64,000 nt of DNA from Bacteroidales bacterium UBA5072 (lineage in GTDB: Bacteria > Bacteroidota > Bacteroidia > Bacteroidales > UBA10428). The notes beneath the pieces are model-generated. The model ran no database searches and had not been told where the DNA came from. It was given only the letters and a program-made list of their open reading frames with translations. The stretch spans positions 26,981-90,980 of the forward strand of contig DIAS01000126.1 of the NCBI GenBank assembly GCA_002415855.1, read 5' to 3'. Numbering within the stretch: position 1 is the first letter of the stretch; the number at the start of each line of letters is the position of its first letter. Positions 20,503-29,924 of this stretch are shown here, one piece after another. The translations under genes and the position numbers were made by a program.

Positions 20503-21690
20503 TCAGATGACTTTCAGCTCCTTCCCTACCTTAATAAATGATGCAATTGCTTTATCAAGGTTCTCACGCGTGTGTGCAGCCGATAGCTGAACGCGTATCC
20601 GGGCTTCTCCTTTCGGTACCACCGGGTAATAAAATCCGATCACATATATCCCTTCGTTGAGGAGGCGGGCTGCGAAATCCTGTGAAAGGCGCGCATCAAA
20701 CAACATTATCGCAACGATCGCTGATCTTGAAGGTTTGATGGTAAAACCGGCCCGGATGATCTCATTTCTGAAAAAATCGGTATTTTGGTGCAGTTTGTCC
20801 TGCAGTTCAGTTGTTTCACGCATCATGTCGAACATGGCGATCCCGGCCTTTGTGATCATGGGAGGCAGCGAATTAGAAAAAAGATAAGGACGTGAGCGCT
20901 GCCGGAGCATTTCAATAATTTCCTTTCGCCCTGTGGTAAAACCGCCGATAGCACCGCCGAAGGCCTTTCCTAATGTACCGGTGATGATATCCACTTCTCC
21001 GCGGATATTGTACAATTCCGTGACACCCCTTCCGGTATTGCCAACCACGCCAGCAGAATGGCATTCATCAACCATGACCAGGGCATCGTATTTTCGGGCC
21101 AGTTCGCAGATCTTATCCACCGGTGCAACATTGCCATCCATGCTAAACACGCCGTCGGTTACAATAATTCTGAAACGATTGGTACTGGCTTTTTTGAGCT
21201 GTTCTTCAAGATCTGCCATGTCGGCATTGGCATACCGGTAACGCTGTGCTTTGCTGAGCCGCACGCCATCAATTATGGACGCATGGTTAAGGCTGTCGGA
21301 AATAATGGCATCCTCTTCTCCCAGCAAGGGTTCAAATACACCGCCATTGGCATCAAAGCAGGCAGCATACAGGATGGTGTCCTCAGTTCCAAAAAAATCC
21401 GCAATCTTCTCCTCCAGCACCTTGTGCAGATCAGTGGTTCCACAGATGAACCGCACTGAAGACATGCCGTAACCGTGGGTATCGAGCGCCTCACGGGCAG
21501 CTTTCATCAGCACAGGATGTGAAGACAATCCGAGGTAGTTGTTGGCACAGAAGTTCAGTACCTCTTTACCATCAGCAAGCCTGATAAGTGCATCCTGGGG
21601 CGATACAATGGTGCGTTCCCTTTTATAAAGGCCGGCTTCCTCAATTGCTTTCAGTTCCTGCTGCAGGTGATTCTTGATTTTCCCGTACAT
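20503..21690 (-). CDS. kbl: Glycine C-acetyltransferase (2-amino-3-ketobutyrate CoA ligase)
   Basis: 'NFCANNYLGL', 'SVRFICGT', 'LNHASIIDG', 'TGTLGKAFGG', 'RQRSRPYLFSN'; downstream of a threonine dehydrogenase. Confidence 0.96.
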   Translation of the reverse strand: MYGKIKNHLQQELKAIEEAGLYKRERTIVSPQDALIRLADGKEVLNFCANNYLGLSSHPVLMKAAREALDTHGYGMSSVRFICGTTDLHKVLEEKIADFFGTEDTILYAACFDANGGVFEPLLGEEDAIISDSLNHASIIDGVRLSKAQRYRYANADMADLEEQLKKASTNRFRIIVTDGVFSMDGNVAPVDKICELARKYDALVMVDECHSAGVVGNTGRGVTELYNIRGEVDIITGTLGKAFGGAIGGFTTGRKEIIEMLRQRSRPYLFSNSLPPMITKAGIAMFDMMRETTELQDKLHQNTDFFRNEIIRAGFTIKPSRSAIVAIMLFDARLSQDFAARLLNEGIYVIGFYYPVVPKGEARIRVQLSAAHTRENLDKAIASFIKVGKELKVI

Positions 21691-21701
21691 GGCTTATGTA
21701 A

Positions 21702-22655
21702 TTAAATGGTGAATGTTTTCCTGATTTCTGCAATCATCCTGTCGGTAATATGTTCCAGGTCGTATTTGGGTTTCCAGACAATACTGGTACGGAGTTCCTG
21801 GTCATCGATGCTGCTGGGCCAGCTTTCGGCTATCAGCTGTCGGAAATCAGGCTTGTAGGTGATGTCGAATCCGGGAATATGACGGCGGATATCTACGGCC
21901 ACCTGGCGCGGTGTAAGGCTTGGACCGGTAATATTATAGGAGGAATGACAGGTCAGATTTGCGTGATCTGTTTCCATAAGCCTGATTGTAGCATTGATGG
22001 CATCATCCATGAACATCATCGGAAGTGAAACATCCTCACCCAGAAAGCAGGTATAATTCTTTTTCCTGACTGCTTCGAAATAAATCTCGACCGCCCAGTC
22101 GGTAGTTCCTCCCCCGGGCTCTGTCTTGTAACTGATCAGTCCCGGGTAACGCAGACTCCGGATATCGATGTTGTAACGCTTGTGGTAATACTCACACCAG
22201 CGTTCACCTGCCAGTTTACTGATCCCGTAAACTGTGGACGGCTCCATGACGGTCAGCTGAGGGGTGTTCTTCCTGGGGGTGGTACTGCCAAAAACGGCAA
22301 TAGAGCTGGGCCAGAAGACTTTTCGAACATCTTCGACAAGCTTGGCAACCTCAAGAATGTTCATCAGGCTGTCCATGTTGATATGCCAGGCCTGTGTCGG
22401 AAGCTTTTCTGCATTACCCGAAAGTACAGCGGCAAGGTGGTATATTTGTGTGATCTTATTGCGAATGACAAAGTGAATGAGGTGTTTATCATCCATAACA
22501 TCGAGCAGCTGAAAAGGACCACTTTCCTTGATATCAGCAGGAGCATCCTTTACGTCAGTGGCAAATACGTTTGCGTTGCCGTAAATCCGGCGTAATTCCA
22601 TTGTCAGCTCTGAGCCAATCTGTCCGGCAGCACCAATTATCAATATCCTTTCCAT
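21702..22655 (-). CDS. L-threonine 3-dehydrogenase, extended-SDR type
   Basis: 'IIGAAGQIG', 'PSSIAVFG', 'YGISK', 'RYPGLIS...PGGGTTD', 'IAESWP.SIDD'; operon with kbl. Confidence 0.9.
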   Translation of the reverse strand: MERILIIGAAGQIGSELTMELRRIYGNANVFATDVKDAPADIKESGPFQLLDVMDDKHLIHFVIRNKITQIYHLAAVLSGNAEKLPTQAWHINMDSLMNILEVAKLVEDVRKVFWPSSIAVFGSTTPRKNTPQLTVMEPSTVYGISKLAGERWCEYYHKRYNIDIRSLRYPGLISYKTEPGGGTTDWAVEIYFEAVRKKNYTCFLGEDVSLPMMFMDDAINATIRLMETDHANLTCHSSYNITGPSLTPRQVAVDIRRHIPGFDITYKPDFRQLIAESWPSSIDDQELRTSIVWKPKYDLEHITDRMIAEIRKTFTI

Positions 22656-22733
22656 GCTTTAGTTTTGATTTCGAAGTTAAACTAAAACCGATCCTAAAAA
22701 AAATGACCTTTGGCAGGAAAAATTATCGTAACT

Positions 22734-22764
22734 TTTGAAACGATAAACAAATGTTGTATATTTG
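22734..22764 (+). promoter_or_regulatory. Bacteroidota sigma promoter for the ROK-nagB operon
   Basis: TTTG (22734-22737), 19-nt spacer, TATATTTG (22757-22764). Confidence 0.7.
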
Positions 22765-22785
22765 TTTATTCATTGAATAAACAAA
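22761..22785. promoter_or_regulatory. Candidate ROK-family operator (11-3-11 palindrome)
   Basis: TTTGTTTATTC-att-GAATAAACAAA, perfect arms, overlapping the -7 element and ending 1 nt before the ROK ATG. Confidence 0.6.
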
Positions 22786-22786
22786 C

Positions 22787-23974
22787 ATGCCTGTCAGCGC
22801 GGATTTTTATTCTCTCACAGAAAACAGCCATAGGCTTGTGCTTAACCTGATCCGGATCACCGGGGAAATCTCCGGTGCAGAAATTGCCAGGAATACAGGG
22901 TTTCAGCCATCAACCATTTTGTATGTTCTAAGGATACTCGATAAGAAAGGCTTTATCGATATCAGTCGCACCGGCAGTTCCACAGAAAGGGGAGGGAAGA
23001 AACCGGTATTGTGGAAGATCAAACCCGGGATCGGCAGGATGCTGGGCGTTGAAGTACTGCGCAATAAAATCCGCTATGTGAAGCTTGATTTTGCCGGAAC
23101 ACTCTATGAACAAGGAGAGAAGCCACTTCCGGCAGCTTTTACCGAAGGGAACATTTTGGAAACACTGGCAACGGTGATTCAGGATATTATGCCCAACAAT
23201 GAGCTGAACAGCAAGTCATTTCTGGGGATTGGAATTGGCGTGCCCGGGCTCGTAAACAGCGATAAGGGAATCTTGCAGTATTCTGCCCTGCTGCAGGTGA
23301 AAAACATCGCGATAGGCGATCAGCTTTCAAGGATACTGGGCAAGCCCGTATACGTGGTCAATGATGCCAATGCCGGAGCCTTAAGCATTTCATGGTACAA
23401 TGATCAGGTAAGTGAAAAACTCCCGGAACACATTGTTTACCTTACCTACAACAACGGATCCAAAAACCTGGGTGCCGGGCTGGTAATTGACCATGAGCTC
23501 TATACGGGGATTGCCGGAACTGCTGGGGAGATCTTCAATCCGTTACCTGATCTGGGAGAGCTGATCAAGACTTCCATAAAGAAAATCGGCCACCAGCATG
23601 CGTTATTGGCTGATAACGACCGACCTGAAAAGGTATCATTCCGTACCCTTGTAGAATACGCCAATAAAGGCTGTAAACTGTCATCACTTACGGTTGATAA
23701 AGTATGTGATTTTATAAGCGAAGAAATTGCCAGGCTTGCCGGGTTGCTGAATCCAAATCTCATCGTTTTGGGTGGTGACATAACCTGCAGCAATGAATTG
23801 CTTTCCGGTCGAATACTTCCGCGGACAGCCAGGAAAGCCAGCAAAATGATCAAAATGGGTTTTGTATTGCCGGAGATCTGTTTTTCGTCCTATGGCGAGT
23901 ATTCCGTTGCCATTGGTACAACAGCCATGATCCTGCGGAAAGTAATAAAAAGTCAAAATTATAAATCCAGATGA
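22787..23974 (+). CDS. ROK-family transcriptional repressor (NagC/XylR-like)
   Basis: N-terminal wHTH 'ISGAEIARNTGFQPSTI', 'GGKKP', ROK motifs 'GIGIGVPGLV', 'NDANAGAL', 'GAGLVID..LYTG..G.AGEI'. Confidence 0.9.
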   Translation: MPVSADFYSLTENSHRLVLNLIRITGEISGAEIARNTGFQPSTILYVLRILDKKGFIDISRTGSSTERGGKKPVLWKIKPGIGRMLGVEVLRNKIRYVKLDFAGTLYEQGEKPLPAAFTEGNILETLATVIQDIMPNNELNSKSFLGIGIGVPGLVNSDKGILQYSALLQVKNIAIGDQLSRILGKPVYVVNDANAGALSISWYNDQVSEKLPEHIVYLTYNNGSKNLGAGLVIDHELYTGIAGTAGEIFNPLPDLGELIKTSIKKIGHQHALLADNDRPEKVSFRTLVEYANKGCKLSSLTVDKVCDFISEEIARLAGLLNPNLIVLGGDITCSNELLSGRILPRTARKASKMIKMGFVLPEICFSSYGEYSVAIGTTAMILRKVIKSQNYKSR

Positions 23975-23975
23975 T

Positions 23976-26369
23976 ATGAAATACAACACATCAAGCAAGG
24001 TAGAAGATTACTACAACAGTATTCACAAGGATTTTGATTTGAGCAGATCCTATCATAAAATTCCGCTGATCGTGGTGGATAATTATGTTGAGCTTGGGCA
24101 GCTGACGGCCTTGCGGTTTCTCGAATGGGTGTGCCTGAATCCGGGTGGGGTCATTGCTCTTCCTACCGGTAAAACACCCGAATTCTTCATCAGATGGGTA
24201 CAGTTTTACATGGCCAACTGGAAGAAGGAATTAAATGATGGTATACTGGCCAGGATCGGACTCGACAAGAAATTGCAGCCCGACATGAAATCGTTGCATT
24301 TCTTTCAGCTTGACGAATTTTTCCCGATCAGACCGGAGCATGAAAGATCGTTTACCTATTTTGTGAAGAATTTCTATATGGATGGTTTTGGTTTTGATCC
24401 CAAAAAGGTTCACCTGATCAACACTTTTGACATTCCTGAAAAAGCCAGGAAGGAATTTGGCAAGATCCAGAACCTCGATGAGGTATTCCCCGACGGGGTT
24501 ATTGATCTGGGCTTGCGCATCCAGAAACCGAACAACGAAAGGGATCTGTTGAAGCAGAAAACAATTAAAATGTTCGATCAGTTCTGCCAGGATTATGAAG
24601 ATGATATTCAGCAACGGGGTGGAATCGGGTTTTTCCTGGGAGGTATCGGTCCCGATGGCCATATTGCATTTAATGTTAAAGGATCGGCCCATCATTCACA
24701 CACACGGCTCACCAACATCAACTATGAAACACAGGCAGCGGCTGCGGCTGATCTGGGTGGTATTGAACTGGTCCGCAAAAAGGCAGTGATCACCATCGGA
24801 CTTCATACCATTACCTATAATCCCGACACAGTGGCCATAATCATCGCTGCAGGTCAGTCGAAATCCGAGCAGGTTTACAATGCGGTAGAAAAGGATCCGT
24901 CCATAACCTACCCGGCTACCAGTTTGCAGAAACTGAGAAATGCCCGTTTTTTTGCCACACGCAGTGCCACCAGTCTCCTTACCCTGAGTGAGAAGAATAT
25001 CAAACAATTATACACAGAGAAAAAACTTCCGGCGAATTATTATGAAAAACTGATTCTTGATGGCGCCGACAGATCCAAGCTTTCACTGGTTGAAGCATCC
25101 AGATCCGATTATGAAAAGAAATCAGCCGATATTCCCGAATGGCGGATTGCCTGCGAAATCAGTGGCAAACCGTTGGACAAGCTGAGCGAAGAAATATACA
25201 GAAGCTTATCCGACAAGCTCCAGTATGGCATCAACGTCCCGGATAACCAACGGATCCTGCACACGGCTCCGCATCACGATGACATTGAGCTGGCTTATTT
25301 CCCGCTGTTGCATCACCTGGTACGGTCACCCAACAATGAGAACTATTTTGTATACTGCACAAGCGGTTTTACAGCAGTTACCAATTTCTATGTGCTGGAA
25401 CGGCTCGAAAACCTGCAGAAGCTCATCCTGACGGGAAGAATCAGTGATGGGCAGACCATCAGCAGGCTGGCAGACTATGGTAACGCCCAGGATGATATTA
25501 CCGGGTATCTGAATGGTATTGCTTTACAGGATACAGACCTTCAGTACTTTCATCTCAGCAAGCGGCTTACCCGGTTGTTTCTGAATGAGCTCAAGGTAAA
25601 AGATCTGAACAAGGTGGCAGCTTATGTGGGGGACCTCATCACACAGCTCAAGGGTATTGAACCAGGACGGTCGGAGCCTGCCATATTCCATCTGATTAAG
25701 GGATGGCTGAGGGAATATGAAGCCGAGCTGGTCTGGGCCTATTTTGGTATAGACATGGATCATGTTTCCCATTTGCGGTTACCCTTTTATTCTGCCAATA
25801 TCTTCCCCGAATATCCAAACTTTGAACAAGATGTTCAACCCATCATCGGACTGCTCGAGAAGATCAAGCCCACGATCATTACGCTGGCCCTGGATCCCGA
25901 GGGAAGCGGTCCGGACACGCACTATAAAACACTGATTGCCTTATCCGACGCCATTGATAAATACGCATCAGGCCGACCGGAGATGAATCTCCGCGTTTGG
26001 GGATATCGCAATATCTGGTCGCGTTACCGGATTGATGAGGTAAATAAAATTATTCCCACCTCGTTGAATTCATTCGCCGTGCTTCACAACATGTTCAACA
26101 GTTGTTTCCTGAGCCAGAAATCAGCCTCATTCCCGAGTTTTGAACTGGACGGGACTTTCAGTGAGCTGGCACAGAAAATTTGGGTGGAACAGCACAACCA
26201 CCTGGTTGATCTTATGGGTCAGGAGTTCTTTTATGACAGTCCGAATCCTATGTTACGGCGCAGCTATGGTGCAATTTACCTGAAGGATATGAGTTACAAG
26301 GAATTCAGTGATTATCTGATACCGGTCAGGCGTCTGCTGAAGTCCAAGGAATACCTGGGAGGTAACTAA
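23976..26369 (+). CDS. Glucosamine-6-phosphate deaminase (NagB-like) fused to a PIG-L/LmbE-type deacetylase domain
   Basis: 'LPTGKTP', 'QLDEF', 'GGIGPDGHIAFN', 'ITIGL', 'PATSLQ'; C-half 'HTAPHHDD', 'YCTSG', 'DPEGSGPDTH'. Confidence 0.82.
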   Translation: MKYNTSSKVEDYYNSIHKDFDLSRSYHKIPLIVVDNYVELGQLTALRFLEWVCLNPGGVIALPTGKTPEFFIRWVQFYMANWKKELNDGILARIGLDKKLQPDMKSLHFFQLDEFFPIRPEHERSFTYFVKNFYMDGFGFDPKKVHLINTFDIPEKARKEFGKIQNLDEVFPDGVIDLGLRIQKPNNERDLLKQKTIKMFDQFCQDYEDDIQQRGGIGFFLGGIGPDGHIAFNVKGSAHHSHTRLTNINYETQAAAAADLGGIELVRKKAVITIGLHTITYNPDTVAIIIAAGQSKSEQVYNAVEKDPSITYPATSLQKLRNARFFATRSATSLLTLSEKNIKQLYTEKKLPANYYEKLILDGADRSKLSLVEASRSDYEKKSADIPEWRIACEISGKPLDKLSEEIYRSLSDKLQYGINVPDNQRILHTAPHHDDIELAYFPLLHHLVRSPNNENYFVYCTSGFTAVTNFYVLERLENLQKLILTGRISDGQTISRLADYGNAQDDITGYLNGIALQDTDLQYFHLSKRLTRLFLNELKVKDLNKVAAYVGDLITQLKGIEPGRSEPAIFHLIKGWLREYEAELVWAYFGIDMDHVSHLRLPFYSANIFPEYPNFEQDVQPIIGLLEKIKPTIITLALDPEGSGPDTHYKTLIALSDAIDKYASGRPEMNLRVWGYRNIWSRYRIDEVNKIIPTSLNSFAVLHNMFNSCFLSQKSASFPSFELDGTFSELAQKIWVEQHNHLVDLMGQEFFYDSPNPMLRRSYGAIYLKDMSYKEFSDYLIPVRRLLKSKEYLGGN

Positions 26370-26374
26370 AAGAA

Positions 26375-26417
26375 AAAACACCCTTCAGGCAACCAGTGAC
26401 CGCCTGAAGGGTGTTTT
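26375..26417. terminator. Bidirectional intrinsic terminator
   Basis: Perfect 16-bp stem AAAACACCCTTCAGGC / GCCTGAAGGGTGTTTT, 11-nt loop, between convergent genes. Confidence 0.85.
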
Positions 26418-26423
26418 CTGGTG

Positions 26424-28544
26424 CTAATAAAATTCCCGGCGGTTGTCTTTTATCTTGGCCAGTTCCTTCAAAGCCTCGTAAGCACTGTAATTTGTTTTTG
26501 CCGCATAACTGCGCTCTACGTAGTTCCTGGCCAGTTCGGTTCCTGTTTTAACCTCGGCTTCGGTCGGGTCTGTACTGTTGTTAACAGCGAGAACATAGAC
26601 ACCGTTTTCACCGATGATTGGTTCCGAAATTTCGTCCTTTTCGAGGGCTAAGGCAGTGGCAATAACCTGCGGTTCAATTCCGGCATTTCCAAGGGACGAA
26701 GAAGTAAATCTGAGGCCGGTGACAGGTTCAACGGGTAATCCCAGACTCCTTGACAGTCCTTCGATGGTTTTTGCCGAGGCCCTCCTGGATTCTATTTCAG
26801 CCACAATCTTTTCAGCTTTCCTTTGCTGTCTGACCCTGTTTTCCACGTCAGCCCTAACGTCAGCAAGCGGCGCAGGACCCTCCTCTCTGACTTTGTCCAC
26901 CACACCCACAACATATTTGTTCCCGAATTTGAAAACGGCGGAAATATCATGTTCTTCTGCCTTATAGGCCCAACTTACCAAGGCCCGTGCCGATTCGAGG
27001 TCATTCACCTTTTTGTCCATCGGGGCCAGGTTTAAAGCAGTACGCGTACTGGCAGAGAGCTTTTCGGTCTCGATCGCCTTGTTGAATTTTTCATAGGAAT
27101 TGTTCATGCCTGCAAATTCATTGGCTTTTACGTAATAACCATGGTCGGTTTCCTCACTTGCAATTACCGTCTTCACCAGTGTACCAATCTGTACCTTTTT
27201 TGTTGGCCTCGACTGATCCTGTATCTGAATAATATGTAATCCGTACTGGGAGGGAACGATCTTCAGATCACCCGTTTTGCCCAGGAAACAACTGTCGTTG
27301 AATGACTGAACCATCTGACCTTCTTTGAACCAGCCAAGGTCTCCGCCGGTCTGCGCCGAACCATCCGCAGAGTAAAGCATAGCCAGGGTGGCAAAGCTGG
27401 TTCCGCCCTTGATCAGGTTAACAAGACTATCGGCCATATGAAAAATCTGTTGTGCGTTGTTCTGTGAAGCGCGCAACAGAATGTGGCGAGCCTTTACCGA
27501 ATCAGGTAAATATTTGACGGCAGCAAGCCGAGATGCCCTGAAGGCAGTGCCGTCAAAATACGGGCCATAAACAGCACCCTGCTGGCCGGCACTGAACATG
27601 AAACTGCCAATTGAGTCGGGCAGTTCTCCCTGAGCATAATTCTTTGAATCGAAAGGTTCATCGGATTCCATGCTCACAAACTGACTTACATTATCCGTCT
27701 TTTCAAAATCGGGCAGGAGATCGTTGAGTGCCTGGCTGGCCGCCTGCTTGTCAGCCTGGGAAGGTGTGACTTCAAAATAAACATACCGGATGTCACGTGA
27801 TTCCTTCTGTTTGAAAAGATTGATGTTCTCTTTGTAGTACTTTTTGATATCCTTTTCGGTAACGGTAATGGCGGAATCTGGCAAGGTATTAAAACCCTTA
27901 ACAATAAAATTGACATCCACGGCCCTCGCTGCTTCCTTTTGCTGCAGGGAGGCTTCAAATCGGGTGGCATACAATCCTTTTCTGATCAGGTTAAGGTACT
28001 TGATATTCTTGCGCTGCCTGAAGATCTCATTCTCGATATAGAGGTAGTACTTTTTATCTTCTGAAGATTCATCTTCCGTACTGATTCTTTGCATAAAGGC
28101 ATTGAGTGCCTGACGGTTAAGCACACCGGTCTGCTGGTCGGTAAATAACTGTGCAATAGCAGGGTGAGGATTCTCGCCCATGATGAGGTTCCGAAGCTCC
28201 TCTTCGGAAACGTCAATACCCAGCTTGCTGTATTGCTTCTCCAGGAGCATATCCTGAATCATGTTCTCCCAGGTAACATTCCTGATCTGATCCATGGTTG
28301 CTTCATCAAGACTGGTTTGCCCTGACTGCAGTTTCTGCATCTGCTCGAGCTTATTGACAAGGGTCTCAAAATCGGTATAGGGAACTGATTTACCGGAAAC
28401 CTCGGCAATTTCATACTTGGACCGTGTAAAAAGGGAACCGCTTGAATCCAGAAAATCACTCAATACAAATGCCAGTAAAGACAATCCTATCACAATAGCC
28501 AGGAGGAGTCCGGCCTTAACTCTCAGTTTTTCTAATATTGCCAT
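26424..28544 (-). CDS. ppiD: Periplasmic chaperone/peptidylprolyl isomerase PpiD-like (SurA_N + parvulin rotamase)
   Basis: 'MAILEKLR..GLLLAIVIGLSLLAFVL', 'ARHILL', 'SADGSAQTGGDLGWF', 'SQYGLHII'. Confidence 0.88.
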   Translation of the reverse strand: MAILEKLRVKAGLLLAIVIGLSLLAFVLSDFLDSSGSLFTRSKYEIAEVSGKSVPYTDFETLVNKLEQMQKLQSGQTSLDEATMDQIRNVTWENMIQDMLLEKQYSKLGIDVSEEELRNLIMGENPHPAIAQLFTDQQTGVLNRQALNAFMQRISTEDESSEDKKYYLYIENEIFRQRKNIKYLNLIRKGLYATRFEASLQQKEAARAVDVNFIVKGFNTLPDSAITVTEKDIKKYYKENINLFKQKESRDIRYVYFEVTPSQADKQAASQALNDLLPDFEKTDNVSQFVSMESDEPFDSKNYAQGELPDSIGSFMFSAGQQGAVYGPYFDGTAFRASRLAAVKYLPDSVKARHILLRASQNNAQQIFHMADSLVNLIKGGTSFATLAMLYSADGSAQTGGDLGWFKEGQMVQSFNDSCFLGKTGDLKIVPSQYGLHIIQIQDQSRPTKKVQIGTLVKTVIASEETDHGYYVKANEFAGMNNSYEKFNKAIETEKLSASTRTALNLAPMDKKVNDLESARALVSWAYKAEEHDISAVFKFGNKYVVGVVDKVREEGPAPLADVRADVENRVRQQRKAEKIVAEIESRRASAKTIEGLSRSLGLPVEPVTGLRFTSSSLGNAGIEPQVIATALALEKDEISEPIIGENGVYVLAVNNSTDPTEAEVKTGTELARNYVERSYAAKTNYSAYEALKELAKIKDNRREFY

Positions 28545-28637
28545 GTAGAACTATGCTTAAAATGTTCAAAAAAAATCGGGTACGAATATAGCAATTAATC
28601 TCATTTAAAAGAATGAAATAAAAAAAATAGCAATCCC

Positions 28638-29909
28638 TTATTCATGCAGGGTTTTGAGTTGGACCAGCTCAATACGTGTACGGCTTACTTTCAGTATCCT
28701 GATCTCATATTTCTCGGTAACGATTTTATCGTTCAATTTTGGAATGTTCTGGTGCTGAAAGATGATATAACCTGCCAGCGTGTCATATTCTTCCGATTCG
28801 GGAAGGTTGAGGTTGTATTTTTCATTGAGGTAGTCAATTTCAAGCCGGCCGGAAAAAATATACTGCCCCTTATCCGGGTTCTTTTCGATAAATTCATCCA
28901 CATCATGTTCATCGTCTATTTCTCCGAAAATTTCTTCCATGATATCTTCAATGGTAAGCATACCGGAGATCCCGCCAAATTCATCCACCACAACTGCAAC
29001 ACTCCTGTGTTCCTGAATGAATTTTTTCAGGAGTTTATTTGCCGGCATGGTTTCCGGAATATAGGAAACCTGGATCATCATGGAGGTTACGGAAGGCGGA
29101 TTTTTAAACAATTCCTTGGAGGTTACATAACCAATCATGTTATCGATGTTCTCATCGTAAATCAGGATTTTCGAAAATCCAGTTTCCACGAATCGCTGGC
29201 GCAGGTCATCAATGGAATCCTTAACATTCAGGGCAACAATTTCAGTTCGCGGTATCATGCAGTCCCTTACCTTGACATTCGAAAAATCAAGGGCATTCTG
29301 GAAGAGTTTGATTTCATCCTTTTCTTCGCTGTTGGCATCGCCTTTTTTGTCCTGGCTCTCATCAATGAGGTGATTCAGGTCCACCTTCCCGAAAACCATG
29401 TTGTCGTACTGGTTTACGGAATCCAACCTGAGTATGGATTTCAGGATCAGGTTGGAAAGCCTGTGTGTCAGTCCGCTTATGGGATAAAGCACGATAAAGA
29501 CAAGCAGGAGGGGAAACGACATGAAACGCAGAGCAAGGTTCGGATTGATTCTTACCAGGGCTTTGGGTAAAAACTCAGCCACTACAAGGACAATCAGGGT
29601 TGATAAAAGGGTCTGAATAGCCAGGACACCGAATTCGGTGAAACCAACCCGGCTGATGGCAGGCTCGAGCCACCTGGCCATAAAGATACCATAGATAACG
29701 ATGGCGATGTTGTTGCCAAGCTGGATGGTGGCAATGTACTGTCCCGACCTTTCCTGAAAAATGCCGATAATACGCGAGGAAAACAGGCCCTGTTTCCGTT
29801 CAAGTTCGAGCCTGAGTTTATTGGATGCGAGAAAGGCAATTTCCATGCCTGCAAAGAATGCAGCCAGCAGCAAAGACAACAATATTACCAAAGCCTGGTT
29901 CATGATCAC
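28638..29909 (-). CDS. Hemolysin/CNNM family membrane protein (DUF21 + CBS pair + CorC_HlyC)
   Basis: 'AFFAGMEIAF', 'AEFLPKAL', 'VRDCMIPR', 'VVVDEFGG.SG.LTIEDIMEEIFGEIDDEHD'. Confidence 0.93.
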   Translation of the reverse strand: MIMNQALVILLSLLLAAFFAGMEIAFLASNKLRLELERKQGLFSSRIIGIFQERSGQYIATIQLGNNIAIVIYGIFMARWLEPAISRVGFTEFGVLAIQTLLSTLIVLVVAEFLPKALVRINPNLALRFMSFPLLLVFIVLYPISGLTHRLSNLILKSILRLDSVNQYDNMVFGKVDLNHLIDESQDKKGDANSEEKDEIKLFQNALDFSNVKVRDCMIPRTEIVALNVKDSIDDLRQRFVETGFSKILIYDENIDNMIGYVTSKELFKNPPSVTSMMIQVSYIPETMPANKLLKKFIQEHRSVAVVVDEFGGISGMLTIEDIMEEIFGEIDDEHDVDEFIEKNPDKGQYIFSGRLEIDYLNEKYNLNLPESEEYDTLAGYIIFQHQNIPKLNDKIVTEKYEIRILKVSRTRIELVQLKTLHE

Positions 29910-29924
29910 TTGTTAATTTTAAGC

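Noticed and set aside
20503-21690. AOS-family enzyme as a possible serine palmitoyltransferase partner for the bCerS-like gene
   Set aside because: The 'SVRFICGT' and 'RQRSRPYLFSN' motifs and the operon with threonine dehydrogenase identify it as Kbl.
28644-29570. 308-aa plus-strand ORF
   Set aside because: It is the antisense shadow of the CNNM/hemolysin gene, has no motifs, and reflects codon bias of the real strand.
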